The notes under the pieces: generated by a model | What the model was told of the DNA's origin: nothing | What the model saw: the letters and a program-made list of their open reading frames with translations, nothing else | Database searches by the model: none | Shown here: positions 18,458-27,685 of the stretch, in pieces | Layout: each line of letters starts with the position of its first letter | Numbering within the stretch: position 1 is the first letter of the stretch | Made by a program: the position numbers and the translations under genes | Source of the DNA: Alphaproteobacteria bacterium | GTDB lineage: Bacteria > Pseudomonadota > Alphaproteobacteria > GCA-2731375 | Assembly (NCBI GenBank): GCA_965232515.1 | Contig: CBDDPY010000002.1 | Span: forward strand, 384,001-448,000 | Direction of reading: 5' to 3' | Length of the DNA: 64,000 nt

Positions 18458-20845
18458 TTGACCGACCATTTCACGATCGCCGTGATCGGGTCAGGGCCCG
18501 CCGGGTTGAGTACGGCTGGCCGGGCGGCCGAGGTGGGGTTGTCGCACGTCCTGTACGAGCGCACCGACCACGCATCGGACACCATCTACAAGTACCAGAA
18601 GGGCAAGTATGTCATGGCGACGCCGGACATCCTGCCGCTTCGCAGCCCGTTCGATTTCGAGGCCGACGTGCGCGAGACCGTGCTGGGGACCTGGGACCGC
18701 CAGCTCGAGGAGTATGGCGTCAACATCGTCTACAACACCGAAGTAACCGGCATCAGCGGCAGCAAAGGCAATTTCGAAATCTCGCTGGCCAACGGCACCA
18801 AGGCCACGGCCGAGAATGTCGTCCTGTCGATCGGCCTGCAGGGCAACCTGCGACGGCTCGAAGTACCGGGCGCGGCCGAAGCGACCCATGTGCAATACCA
18901 GCTCGATGATCCGGACGAATACGAGGACGAGACCATCGTCGTTATCGGCGCCGGTGACGCGGCGATCGAGAACGCGGTCGCGCTGTCGAAGCAGAACAAC
19001 GTCATCATCGTCAATCGGCGCGACGAGTTCGCTCGGGCCAAGCAGGGCAACCTGATCCTAATCACCCAGGCGATCGAGAACGGCGACATCCAGTGTTACT
19101 ACAGCGCCTCGCCGGTCTCCGTGGCGCCGAAGTCGATCACGCTGCGCACGCCGGACGGCGACGCCGAGGTTGCCTGTGACCGGATCATCGCCCGGCTCGG
19201 CGCGATCCCGCCGCGCAAGTTCGTCGAATCCTGCGGCATCGAGTTTCCGAACGACAACCCGGCGTCGCTGCCGGAAGTGTCGAAGCACTACGAATCGAAC
19301 GTTCCCGGCCTCTACATCATCGGCGCGCTCGGCGGCTTCCCTCTGATCAAGCAGGCGATGAACCAGGGCTACGAGGTCGTTGAATTCATTCAGGGAAATA
19401 CCGACCTCAAGCCGGCCGACGAGCCGCTGCTGGAAGAAAAGCTGACGCACCTGTCGGGCGTCAGCGTCGACGACTTCCTGCAGTCCGTGCGTGAGAATGT
19501 GCCGTTGTTCGCCGAGCTCAACCCGCTGCTGTTGCGCGAGCTCATGCTGGACAGCGAGGTGCACCGGCCAAAGGCGGGCGAGGTCATCTTCGAGCGCAAC
19601 GACTACACCAACAGCTTTTTCACCATCGTTGACGGCGAGGTGGACATCCAGGTCGATCCTGACGATCCCAGCCAGGTGGTGACGCTGAAGCGCGGCGAGT
19701 TCTTCGGCGAGATGGGCCTGATATCCGGCCGCCGGCGCGCGGCCACGGTGGTTGCGCGCAGCGAATGTACGCTGTTCGAAAGCAACCGCCGGACCATGAT
19801 CAAGCTGGTCAACTCGGTCGAGGAAGTGAAGCGGGTACTGGATCAGACCGCGATCGTCCGCCAGATCCAGACCTATCTGGCGCCCGACCTGTCGACCGAG
19901 GACCTGAGCGATGTCGTCGCCTCGGCCTCGCTGCACAGCCTGAAAGAGGGCGAGCAGCTGTTCCAGGAGGGTGAGACCGGTGACGCCGTTCATCTGATCC
20001 GCCGTGGCTCGGTGACGGTGTCCAGGCGCATCGGCGGGCGCGAGATCGTCTTGTCCTATGTCGCCGCCGGCAACTATATCGGTGAGATGGCGCTGCTGTC
20101 GGATGCGCCGAGGTCGGCGACGGTGCGTGCGGCGATCAACGGCACCGAAACCATCCGTATCGAAGGCGAGGCCTTCAAGACGCTGATGGATCGGGCGCCG
20201 GAGCTGCGCCGCGAAATCGATCAAAAGTTCCGCGACCGGATCGCCGACAACGAACGAATGGCGAGCGCGCCCGAAGCCGGCAGCATTATCCAGTTCCTCG
20301 TCGAGCAGGGCGTTGGCGAGGCGACCGACATCCTGCTGATCGATGAAGCGCTGTGCGTGCGTTGCGATAACTGCGAGAAGGCCTGCGCCGAAACCCATGG
20401 CGGCATCTCCCGTCTCGACCGCGAGGCCGGACCGACCTTCGCCAACGTCCACGTCCCGACCTCGTGCCGGCACTGTGAGCATCCGCATTGCATGGCCGAC
20501 TGTCCGCCGGACGCGCTGCATCGCGACAGCAACGGCGAAGTCTGGATCGACGATTCCTGCATCGGCTGTGGCAACTGCGAGCGGAACTGCCCCTACGGCG
20601 TGATCCACCTGGCGGCCAAGCCGCCGAAGAAGCCAGGCCTGCTCAACTGGCTGCTCTGGGGTGCGGGACCGGGGCCTGGCGAAGACAAGACGGCGAAGGG
20701 CGAAGGTTCCAAGCTGGCCGTGAAATGCGACATGTGCAAGGACATCAAGGGCGGTGCGGCCTGCGTGCGGGCCTGTCCGACCGGTGCGGCGATCCGCGTC
20801 AGTCCCGAGGAGTTCCTTGACCTTGCGGCCCTGGCGCAGCGCTAG
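18458..20845 (+). CDS. Fusion: TrxR/FNR-like FAD-NAD(P)H oxidoreductase + 2 cNMP-binding domains + 4x[4Fe-4S] ferredoxin domain
   Basis: TTG start after AAGGAGG; GSGPAG and GAGDAA Rossmann motifs; FGEMGL..R.ATV and IGEMAL..RSATV cNMP cassettes; CVRCDNCEKAC, CRHCEHPHCMADCP, CIGCGNCERNCP, CDMC..CVRACP. Confidence 0.88.
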   Translation: MTDHFTIAVIGSGPAGLSTAGRAAEVGLSHVLYERTDHASDTIYKYQKGKYVMATPDILPLRSPFDFEADVRETVLGTWDRQLEEYGVNIVYNTEVTGISGSKGNFEISLANGTKATAENVVLSIGLQGNLRRLEVPGAAEATHVQYQLDDPDEYEDETIVVIGAGDAAIENAVALSKQNNVIIVNRRDEFARAKQGNLILITQAIENGDIQCYYSASPVSVAPKSITLRTPDGDAEVACDRIIARLGAIPPRKFVESCGIEFPNDNPASLPEVSKHYESNVPGLYIIGALGGFPLIKQAMNQGYEVVEFIQGNTDLKPADEPLLEEKLTHLSGVSVDDFLQSVRENVPLFAELNPLLLRELMLDSEVHRPKAGEVIFERNDYTNSFFTIVDGEVDIQVDPDDPSQVVTLKRGEFFGEMGLISGRRRAATVVARSECTLFESNRRTMIKLVNSVEEVKRVLDQTAIVRQIQTYLAPDLSTEDLSDVVASASLHSLKEGEQLFQEGETGDAVHLIRRGSVTVSRRIGGREIVLSYVAAGNYIGEMALLSDAPRSATVRAAINGTETIRIEGEAFKTLMDRAPELRREIDQKFRDRIADNERMASAPEAGSIIQFLVEQGVGEATDILLIDEALCVRCDNCEKACAETHGGISRLDREAGPTFANVHVPTSCRHCEHPHCMADCPPDALHRDSNGEVWIDDSCIGCGNCERNCPYGVIHLAAKPPKKPGLLNWLLWGAGPGPGEDKTAKGEGSKLAVKCDMCKDIKGGAACVRACPTGAAIRVSPEEFLDLAALAQR

Positions 20846-20909
20846 GCATGTGCAATAGCCCGACAATGTGCCCGCGCGGCAAACGCAGAACCAAGAAGTA
20901 GGCGAGGGT

Positions 20910-21740
20910 ATGCACGAATCCATCCTGGTGTATCGGCGGTTTCGGTTCCTGAAATGGGCGCTGCTTCTCATGGTCGTGGCCGTTGTCGCCTACGCCGTCG
21001 ACCAGCCCCTCGGCGTGCCGAATGGCGGCACCTGGCTAGGCTACACGCTGGGTACGATCGCGGCCCTGCTGATCGTTTGGCTGACCTGGTTCGGCGTCCG
21101 CAAGCGACGCTACAACCTCGGTCCGACGAAACTCGAGGCCTGGCTGTCGGCGCACGTCTATCTCGGCCTGACCCTGATCATCGTCGCGACGCTGCATACC
21201 GGTTTCCAGTTTGGCTGGAACGTCCACACGCTTGCCTACACGCTGATGATGCTCGTCATCCTGAGCGGTATTTTCGGCGTCTACGCCTACATGCGCTATC
21301 CGGCGCTGATGACCGAAAACCGCCGCGGTCAGACGCTGAACGAAATGCTGGCCCAGATCGCAGAGATCGATGCTGAATGCCGAGACGCTGCGCTGGGGCT
21401 TGGCGATGAGATCAGCAGCGCCGTCCTCAATGCCGCGCAAAACACGCGGATCGGCGGCGGCATGCGCCGACAGCTCTCGGGTCACGATCCGGCCTGCGCC
21501 ACGACGGCCGCCCGCCAGACCGTGCAGGGATTGGCCGAGAGCGCGGAAGCCGGCCAGGCTGAAAGCACCCGTCGGCTGATTTCGCTGTTGTTGCGTAAGG
21601 AGGAGTTGCTGCGCCGCGCGCGTCGTGACGTTCAGTTCAAGGCGTTGATGGATATCTGGTTGTATGTACACGTGCCACTGACGATCGCGCTGATCGCGTC
21701 GTTGGTCGCGCACATCCTTTCCGTCTTCTTCTACTGGTAG
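20910..21740 (+). CDS. Integral membrane protein with intramembrane histidines (possible b-heme / ferric reductase-like subunit)
   Basis: About five hydrophobic helices; His in SAHVYLG, TLHTG, NVHTL, YVHVPL, VAHIL. Confidence 0.75.
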   Translation: MHESILVYRRFRFLKWALLLMVVAVVAYAVDQPLGVPNGGTWLGYTLGTIAALLIVWLTWFGVRKRRYNLGPTKLEAWLSAHVYLGLTLIIVATLHTGFQFGWNVHTLAYTLMMLVILSGIFGVYAYMRYPALMTENRRGQTLNEMLAQIAEIDAECRDAALGLGDEISSAVLNAAQNTRIGGGMRRQLSGHDPACATTAARQTVQGLAESAEAGQAESTRRLISLLLRKEELLRRARRDVQFKALMDIWLYVHVPLTIALIASLVAHILSVFFYW

Positions 21741-21748
21741 GACCGGCC

Positions 21749-23461
21749 GTGCAAAGTCTGGTTTCGCACCTCACCCGAAAGGCCCGCGGCGGCTACGTCC
21801 ACCGCGATCTCGAGGTCACGTCGGAAATCATCCGGCTCGGCCGCGGCGCCGACAGCGAAGTGTATCTTCCCGACCCCCGCGTGCCGCTGCATGCCGCCGA
21901 GATCCACAGCCAGCCGGGCGGCTACTTCATCCAGGTCGTCGGGCCGGCCAGCCTGCGGGTCAACGGCGCCGTGACCAACAGCGCGCAGTTGAAAGCCGGC
22001 GACAAGGTGGCGTTGGGGCCCTACGACATCGAGATCGTGGCGCCGCCCGCGGGCAAGGATTTCGGACTGACGGTCGAACTGGTCCGCCCGCTTGGCGACG
22101 ATCTCGAGCAGCTGCGCAGCCGCAGCCGCCTTGAGCTATCCGAGACCTGGCTGACCCGCCGCCGCATGGCCTGGCTGCTGGCGGTGATCGTGCTGGCGCT
22201 GTTCCTGGCCATGCCGCTCGCCGGCTTCTTCATGACCCCGCCCGAGGCGCGGCAGAATTTCGTCGAGGCCGAGCCCGACACCGGACCGCTGGCCACCGCC
22301 GATCAGGTTTGGCTCAGCGGCGAGATGTCGGGACCCCACAAGTTTTTCGGCGCGGCCTGCGAGGCCTGCCATCAGCAGCCGTTCGTGCAGGTGCGCGACG
22401 ACACTTGCCTGTCCTGCCATACCGACATCGAGCATCATGCCGAGCCGATGCGGTTCGAGAACGCGGCCGGCGGCGACGTGCCGGCCTGCCAGAGCTGCCA
22501 CAAGGAGCACAACGGCAACGAGGCTATCGTGCTCAACGATCAGGCCTTCTGCAGCAGCTGCCACGCGGATCTCGACAAACGCCTGAACGACGCGGCCCTG
22601 CTGAACGTCTCGGACTTCACCGCAAACCATCCGCAGTTCCGGCCGACCGTCGTCGTCGTGCACGAGACCGGCAAGATGCAGCGCATCTCCTTGTCGGAGA
22701 AGGACAAGCTGGTCGAGCAGTCCGGCATCAAGTTCCCGCACGACAAGCACCTGGTGACCGAGAACGGCGGCATCCGCGCGCCAGAGGGCCGGCGGGTTCT
22801 CGGCTGCAACGACTGCCACGTGGTCGAGCCGGGCGGGCAGGGCCTGCTGCCGATTCGCATGCTGGAGCACTGTCAGGAGTGTCACCAGCTCACCTTCGAC
22901 AAGTCGGCGCCGAAGCGTGTGGTGCCGCACGGTAAGCCGAAGGAGGTGCAGGAGATCCTGAAGGACTTCTACGCCAAGGCGGCGCTGCAGGGTGGCTTCG
23001 ACGACCCCTCGGCGCCGGCGGTCGTGCGCCGGCTGCCGGGCACCCCGTTGCCGCCGGCGGCGGCGAATGACGCGCTGGCCTGGGCCGCGCAGCGGGCCGA
23101 TCAGGCGATATCCATGACCTTCGGCAAGCGGATTTGCGGCACCTGTCACAAAGTCCTGCAGGACCCCAATGGTATTTGGGACGTGATCAAACCGCAGATC
23201 GCGGATCGTTGGATGCCGAAGGGGATCTTCCATCACGCCAGCCACGAAACCATGAAATGCGGCGACTGCCACGAGGCGGCGAAGTCCAAGGTCAGCACCG
23301 ACATCCTGCTGCCTGGTATCGAGAGCTGTCAGGAATGCCACGGTAGCGAGATGGCGACGGACAAAGTCCCCTCGACCTGCATCATGTGCCACCAGTTCCA
23401 CATCGAGGGACAGCCGCGCATGGCGGGCGAGCCGGCCACGGCCGCGATGAAGCAGAATTGA
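21749..23461 (+). CDS. FHA domain - TM helix - decaheme c-type cytochrome
   Basis: N-terminal LGRGAD..LPDPRV..H..I and VNG FHA pattern; one TM; 10 CxxCH (CEACH, CLSCH, CQSCH, CSSCH, CNDCH, CQECH, CGTCH, CGDCH, CQECH, CIMCH). Confidence 0.88.
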   Translation: MQSLVSHLTRKARGGYVHRDLEVTSEIIRLGRGADSEVYLPDPRVPLHAAEIHSQPGGYFIQVVGPASLRVNGAVTNSAQLKAGDKVALGPYDIEIVAPPAGKDFGLTVELVRPLGDDLEQLRSRSRLELSETWLTRRRMAWLLAVIVLALFLAMPLAGFFMTPPEARQNFVEAEPDTGPLATADQVWLSGEMSGPHKFFGAACEACHQQPFVQVRDDTCLSCHTDIEHHAEPMRFENAAGGDVPACQSCHKEHNGNEAIVLNDQAFCSSCHADLDKRLNDAALLNVSDFTANHPQFRPTVVVVHETGKMQRISLSEKDKLVEQSGIKFPHDKHLVTENGGIRAPEGRRVLGCNDCHVVEPGGQGLLPIRMLEHCQECHQLTFDKSAPKRVVPHGKPKEVQEILKDFYAKAALQGGFDDPSAPAVVRRLPGTPLPPAAANDALAWAAQRADQAISMTFGKRICGTCHKVLQDPNGIWDVIKPQIADRWMPKGIFHHASHETMKCGDCHEAAKSKVSTDILLPGIESCQECHGSEMATDKVPSTCIMCHQFHIEGQPRMAGEPATAAMKQN

Positions 23462-23529
23462 AGATTGGTCGCAGCCGGGGTTTATGGTTAATCTTTAAAA
23501 AACAGGGTGGTCCAGGGGGGCTTTGGTTG

Positions 23530-23970
23530 ATGCGTAATTGGGGTGGCAGGCAGGCGTTCCTGACGGCGGTGTTCACACTGTCGTTCGCTGCCGGTGCTGC
23601 CGCGGCCGAGAAGCTGACGGTGGCAGGTGCCGCCCTCGCCGACGTGACCGTCAATCCGGCGACCGTCGCAACCACGGGCATCAGCCGCACCATCGAACTG
23701 TCGGGCGACGCCCCGGCGGCAACCTTCGTGACCGCACACCTGCCGGACGGCAAGCATCTCCAACGCAGTAATCTGGGCTACTGGCTGCCCTGGGACGGCG
23801 ATGTCGACAGCCTGATCGACAACCGGCTGCCGCTGAACGGCGATGGCACCGTCACCTTCAAGGTGGTCAAGGAAGACCTCTCCGACAAGATGTTCCCGAT
23901 CGCCGTCACGCTGGCCTACACCGTCGGCGAGCAGGTCAAGTTCGGCGTATTTCAGATCCTGCCGCAATGA
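23530..23970 (+). CDS. Small exported hypothetical protein
   Basis: Signal peptide ending AAAA-EK; stop overlaps the next ATG (ATGA). Confidence 0.7.
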   Translation: MRNWGGRQAFLTAVFTLSFAAGAAAAEKLTVAGAALADVTVNPATVATTGISRTIELSGDAPAATFVTAHLPDGKHLQRSNLGYWLPWDGDVDSLIDNRLPLNGDGTVTFKVVKEDLSDKMFPIAVTLAYTVGEQVKFGVFQILPQ

Positions 23971-25823
23971 CGATGACGATACCCAAAACGATCAAGCTTC
24001 TCGCCGCCACCTCGATTGCCGCCTGTCTGAGCGTCGCCGCGTCGGCGCAGGAGGCGCTGACCACGGACGAGGTTGGCACCATCATCGCGCAGGCGGCCAT
24101 GGAGGCGCAGACGCGCGGCCGGCCGGCGACGATCGCCGTGGTCGACCGCGTCGGCAACGTCCTGGGCGTCTTCACCATGACCGGCGCGCCTGCGACGGCG
24201 CTGGTGTCGACCTTCCGCGGAGTCACCTCGGGGCTCGAGGGCGCCAACGTGCCGTCGACGACGGCGGCCATCGCCAAGGCCGTTACCGGCGCTTATCTGT
24301 CGTCCGGCGGCAATGCCTTCTCGACCCGAACGGCCAACCAGATCGTGCAGGAATCGTTCAACCCGGGCGAGTCGAGCCAGCCCAGCGGCCCGTTGTTCGG
24401 CGTGCAGTTCAGCCAGCTGCCATGCTCGGACTTCAACACCCGCTTCGCGCCGATGACGGCGAACGCGCTGATCGGGCCGAAGCGCTCGCCGCTCGGCATG
24501 TCGGCCGATCCGGGCGGACTGCCGCTCTACAAGAACAACGTGCCCGTCGGCGGCATCGGCGTCCTGTCCGACGGTATCTACGGCATCGACCGCAACATCC
24601 TCGACATCGACAACGATGACGACGAGCTGATCGCGGTGGCCGGCACCTTCGGTTTCGATCCGCCGGCCGATATCCGGGCCGAGCGCATCACGGTCGAGGG
24701 TAAGACCCTGCGGTTCACCGACCTCAGCTTTGAATCGCTGCAGTCGGACCCGAACAGCGCCCCGTCCTTTGCCGCCGTGAACGGCACGCTCGGCAGCCTG
24801 ACGGCGGTTAACGGCTACACCGCGGCGGCGCTGTCGGCCGGCGTCGCCTACGGCACGGCCGCCTCCGGCGTGCGGCCCGACAACGAGGGCGTCTATTCGG
24901 CCATCATGCAGCCGTTCGTGTTCGTCGACGGTACCGATACGAACCGGTTCCCACCGCGCGCCGGCAGCGACGGCATTCTGACCGCCGCCGAGGTCACCGA
25001 TCTCGTCAATCAGGCGCTTAACATCGCCTTCCGCGGCCGTGCGCAGATCCGCCGCCCGTTGAACAGCTTCATCCAGGTAACGATCTCGGTCGTCGATACC
25101 AACGGCGTGATCCTGGCCATGGCCCGGACGCCGGACGGTCCGATGTTCGGCAGCGACGTGTCGCTGCAAAAAGCCCGCACCGCGGCATTTTTCTCCAGCT
25201 TCTTCGCCGCCGCCGATCTGCGCCAGGGAGGCTTCGGCAGCTACGTGGACGCGACCAAGGCCTTCATCGGCCCGACCGCGCTCGAGGACGGCGTCGCCTT
25301 CGCCGACCGTTCCGGCGGCAACCTGTCGCGCCCGTATTATCCGGACGGCAACGTCAACAACCAGAACGGACCGTTAAGCCGGCCGTTCGGCGACTGGAGC
25401 CCGTTCTCGACCGGCCTGCAGCTCGACATGGTCGCCGGCAACATCGTCACCCATCTGGGCTTCGTCCAGAGCCTCAACGCCGATACGCCGGCGCGCTGCA
25501 CGCCGTTGCCGTTGCGGCTGGCCAGCGGCTCGAACGCCATTCCGAACGGTATTCAGATCTTCCCGGGCAGCGTGCCGGTGTTCAAGAACGGTGCTCTGGC
25601 CGGCGGTCTGGGCGTTTCCGGCGACGGCATCGACCAGGACGACATGATTTCGTTTCTCGGCACCCACAATGCCGGCGTGTCGCTGGCTTCCGGTGTCGGC
25701 AACGCGCCACAGGAAGTGCGGGCCGACCGGCTGACGCCGCAGGGGTCGCGGCTGCGCTACGTCAACTGCCCCTTCAAGCCGTTCATCGCGTCGAACGAGC
25801 AAAACGTCTGCAGCGGCAAATGA
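23967..25823 (+). CDS. Exported heme-binding protein with two GlcG/HbpS-like domains
   Basis: Signal peptide; two copies of the pattern (I/V)AVVD..G...AKA.T / PGG(L/S)P(L/V)..N...GG(I/L)GV(S)G. Confidence 0.8.
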   Translation: MTMTIPKTIKLLAATSIAACLSVAASAQEALTTDEVGTIIAQAAMEAQTRGRPATIAVVDRVGNVLGVFTMTGAPATALVSTFRGVTSGLEGANVPSTTAAIAKAVTGAYLSSGGNAFSTRTANQIVQESFNPGESSQPSGPLFGVQFSQLPCSDFNTRFAPMTANALIGPKRSPLGMSADPGGLPLYKNNVPVGGIGVLSDGIYGIDRNILDIDNDDDELIAVAGTFGFDPPADIRAERITVEGKTLRFTDLSFESLQSDPNSAPSFAAVNGTLGSLTAVNGYTAAALSAGVAYGTAASGVRPDNEGVYSAIMQPFVFVDGTDTNRFPPRAGSDGILTAAEVTDLVNQALNIAFRGRAQIRRPLNSFIQVTISVVDTNGVILAMARTPDGPMFGSDVSLQKARTAAFFSSFFAAADLRQGGFGSYVDATKAFIGPTALEDGVAFADRSGGNLSRPYYPDGNVNNQNGPLSRPFGDWSPFSTGLQLDMVAGNIVTHLGFVQSLNADTPARCTPLPLRLASGSNAIPNGIQIFPGSVPVFKNGALAGGLGVSGDGIDQDDMISFLGTHNAGVSLASGVGNAPQEVRADRLTPQGSRLRYVNCPFKPFIASNEQNVCSGK

Positions 25824-27670
25824 AAATGCGTATTCGTATCCTGTTGATGGCTTCCGTCCTGGCGTTGACGCCGTTCACCGTACAGGCCGGCAAGGAACGC
25901 ATCCTCGGCGTTTCGCCGCAATCCGGCTCCGGCTTTCAGGTGCGCCCCGGCGGCGGCGCCGGCTTCGCCGTGCCGGGCGACCGCACCCGTGTGGCGCAGC
26001 GCCGCGTGCCGGGCTCGCCGCCGCCCGGCGCGCCCGAGGACCTGCCGCCCATCGATCCGGACGCGGTGCCGCCGCCGGCGCCGAACCTGCCGCGCGAGTT
26101 CATCCCCATTCCGGACCGCTGGCGACTGATCGAGGCCGTCGGCGTTAACGAGAAATGGTGGGATCCCTATAACCAGAACACGCTGAAGGGCGACCGGCCG
26201 GTCTACAAGGACTGGTTCGTGAACCTGCTGGTGATTTCCGACACCGTGTTCGAGCCGCGCTCGTTCCCGACGCCGATCGCGCCGCAGACCAGCGAAGAGG
26301 CCGGCGATCTCGACGTCTTCGGCGACAACGATCAGATCCTGTTCAACGAAAACCTGATCGTCAGCCTGTCGATCATCAAGGGCAACACCGCCTACAAGCC
26401 GCCGGACTACGAGTTCCGCTTCACGCCGATTTTCAACTACAACCGCGTCGAGGCGGAAGAGAACCGGGTCCTGCTGATCGATCCCGATCGCGGCCGTACC
26501 CGTACCGACCGGCAGCTCGCCTGGCAGGAACTGTTCGTCGACTACCACATTCACAACGTCTCGGACCGCTACGACTTCGATTCGATCCGAGGCGGCATCC
26601 AGCCGTTTTCCAGCGACTTCCGCGGCTTCCTGTTCCAGGACAGCCAGCTCGGCGTGCGCCTTTTCGGCAGCCGCGACAACAACATCTTCCAGTACAATCT
26701 GGCCTGGTTCCGGCGGCTGGAGAAGGACACCAACAGCGGTCTGAACGACATCACCACGAGCGTCCGCGACGACGACATCTACGTGGCGAACCTCTACTGG
26801 CAGGACTTCCTGAAGCTGGGCTTCGTCAGTCAGATCACGGTGCTGCACAACCGCAACCGCGAGGACAACGCCACTTTCTTCAATCTCAACGGTTTCCTCG
26901 AGCGACCGGCGCCGATCGGCGAGGAACGGCCGCGCAACTACGACGTCACCTATATCGGCTATAACGGCGACGGCCGGCTGGGCCGCTTCAACCTGACGGC
27001 GTCGGCCTACTACGCCTTCGGCGAGGACAGTCGCAACAACTTCGCCAGCCTCGACGATTCCGACATCCGCGCCTGGTTCTTCGCCGCCGAGCCATCGATC
27101 GACTTCAGCTGGATCCGGCTGCGCGGCTCGTTCCTCTACGCCAGCGGCGACGACGACCCCTTCGACGACCGCGAGGAAGGCTTCGACGCGCCGTTCGAAA
27201 ATCCGCAGTTCGCCGGCGCCGACACCAGCTACTGGATCCGTCAGACCATTCCGCTGGTCGGCGGCGGCGGCCTGGCGCTGTCGCAGCGCAACGCCGTCTT
27301 GCCGTCGCTCAAGTCCTCGAAGGAGCACGGTCAGTCGAACTTCAACAATCCCGGACTCTGGCTGGTCGGCGTTGGCACTGATCTCGACCTGACGCCGGAG
27401 CTGCGGCTGTCGACCAACTTCAACTATCTGAGGTTCGACAACACGTCCAACCTCGAGTTCCTGCGCAATCAGGGCGATATCGACGAGTCGATCGGCTACG
27501 ACCTGTCGGCGGCGCTGATCTGGCGGCCGCTGTTCATCCAGAACATCGTGCTGCGGCTGTCCGGCGCGGTGCTGATCCCGGAGACCGGCTTCGACGATCT
27601 GTTCAAGGCCGAGGACGACAGCGAGGACATCTTCTATTCGGTCCTGGCCAACCTGGTGCTGACCTATTAG
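25820..27670 (+). CDS. Outer-membrane beta-barrel protein (putative porin)
   Basis: Signal peptide, Pro-rich N-terminal linker, many alternating amphipathic strands rich in aromatics/Asp/Asn, C-terminal ANLVLTY (BAM-type terminal aromatic). Confidence 0.75.
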   Translation: MKMRIRILLMASVLALTPFTVQAGKERILGVSPQSGSGFQVRPGGGAGFAVPGDRTRVAQRRVPGSPPPGAPEDLPPIDPDAVPPPAPNLPREFIPIPDRWRLIEAVGVNEKWWDPYNQNTLKGDRPVYKDWFVNLLVISDTVFEPRSFPTPIAPQTSEEAGDLDVFGDNDQILFNENLIVSLSIIKGNTAYKPPDYEFRFTPIFNYNRVEAEENRVLLIDPDRGRTRTDRQLAWQELFVDYHIHNVSDRYDFDSIRGGIQPFSSDFRGFLFQDSQLGVRLFGSRDNNIFQYNLAWFRRLEKDTNSGLNDITTSVRDDDIYVANLYWQDFLKLGFVSQITVLHNRNREDNATFFNLNGFLERPAPIGEERPRNYDVTYIGYNGDGRLGRFNLTASAYYAFGEDSRNNFASLDDSDIRAWFFAAEPSIDFSWIRLRGSFLYASGDDDPFDDREEGFDAPFENPQFAGADTSYWIRQTIPLVGGGGLALSQRNAVLPSLKSSKEHGQSNFNNPGLWLVGVGTDLDLTPELRLSTNFNYLRFDNTSNLEFLRNQGDIDESIGYDLSAALIWRPLFIQNIVLRLSGAVLIPETGFDDLFKAEDDSEDIFYSVLANLVLTY

Positions 27671-27685
27671 GGGCGCGACGTGGGC

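Noticed and set aside
21749-27670. Calling the cytochrome/barrel genes mtrA/mtrB
   Set aside because: The decaheme is membrane-anchored with an FHA domain and different heme spacing, and the barrel shows no similarity to MtrB that I can recognise.
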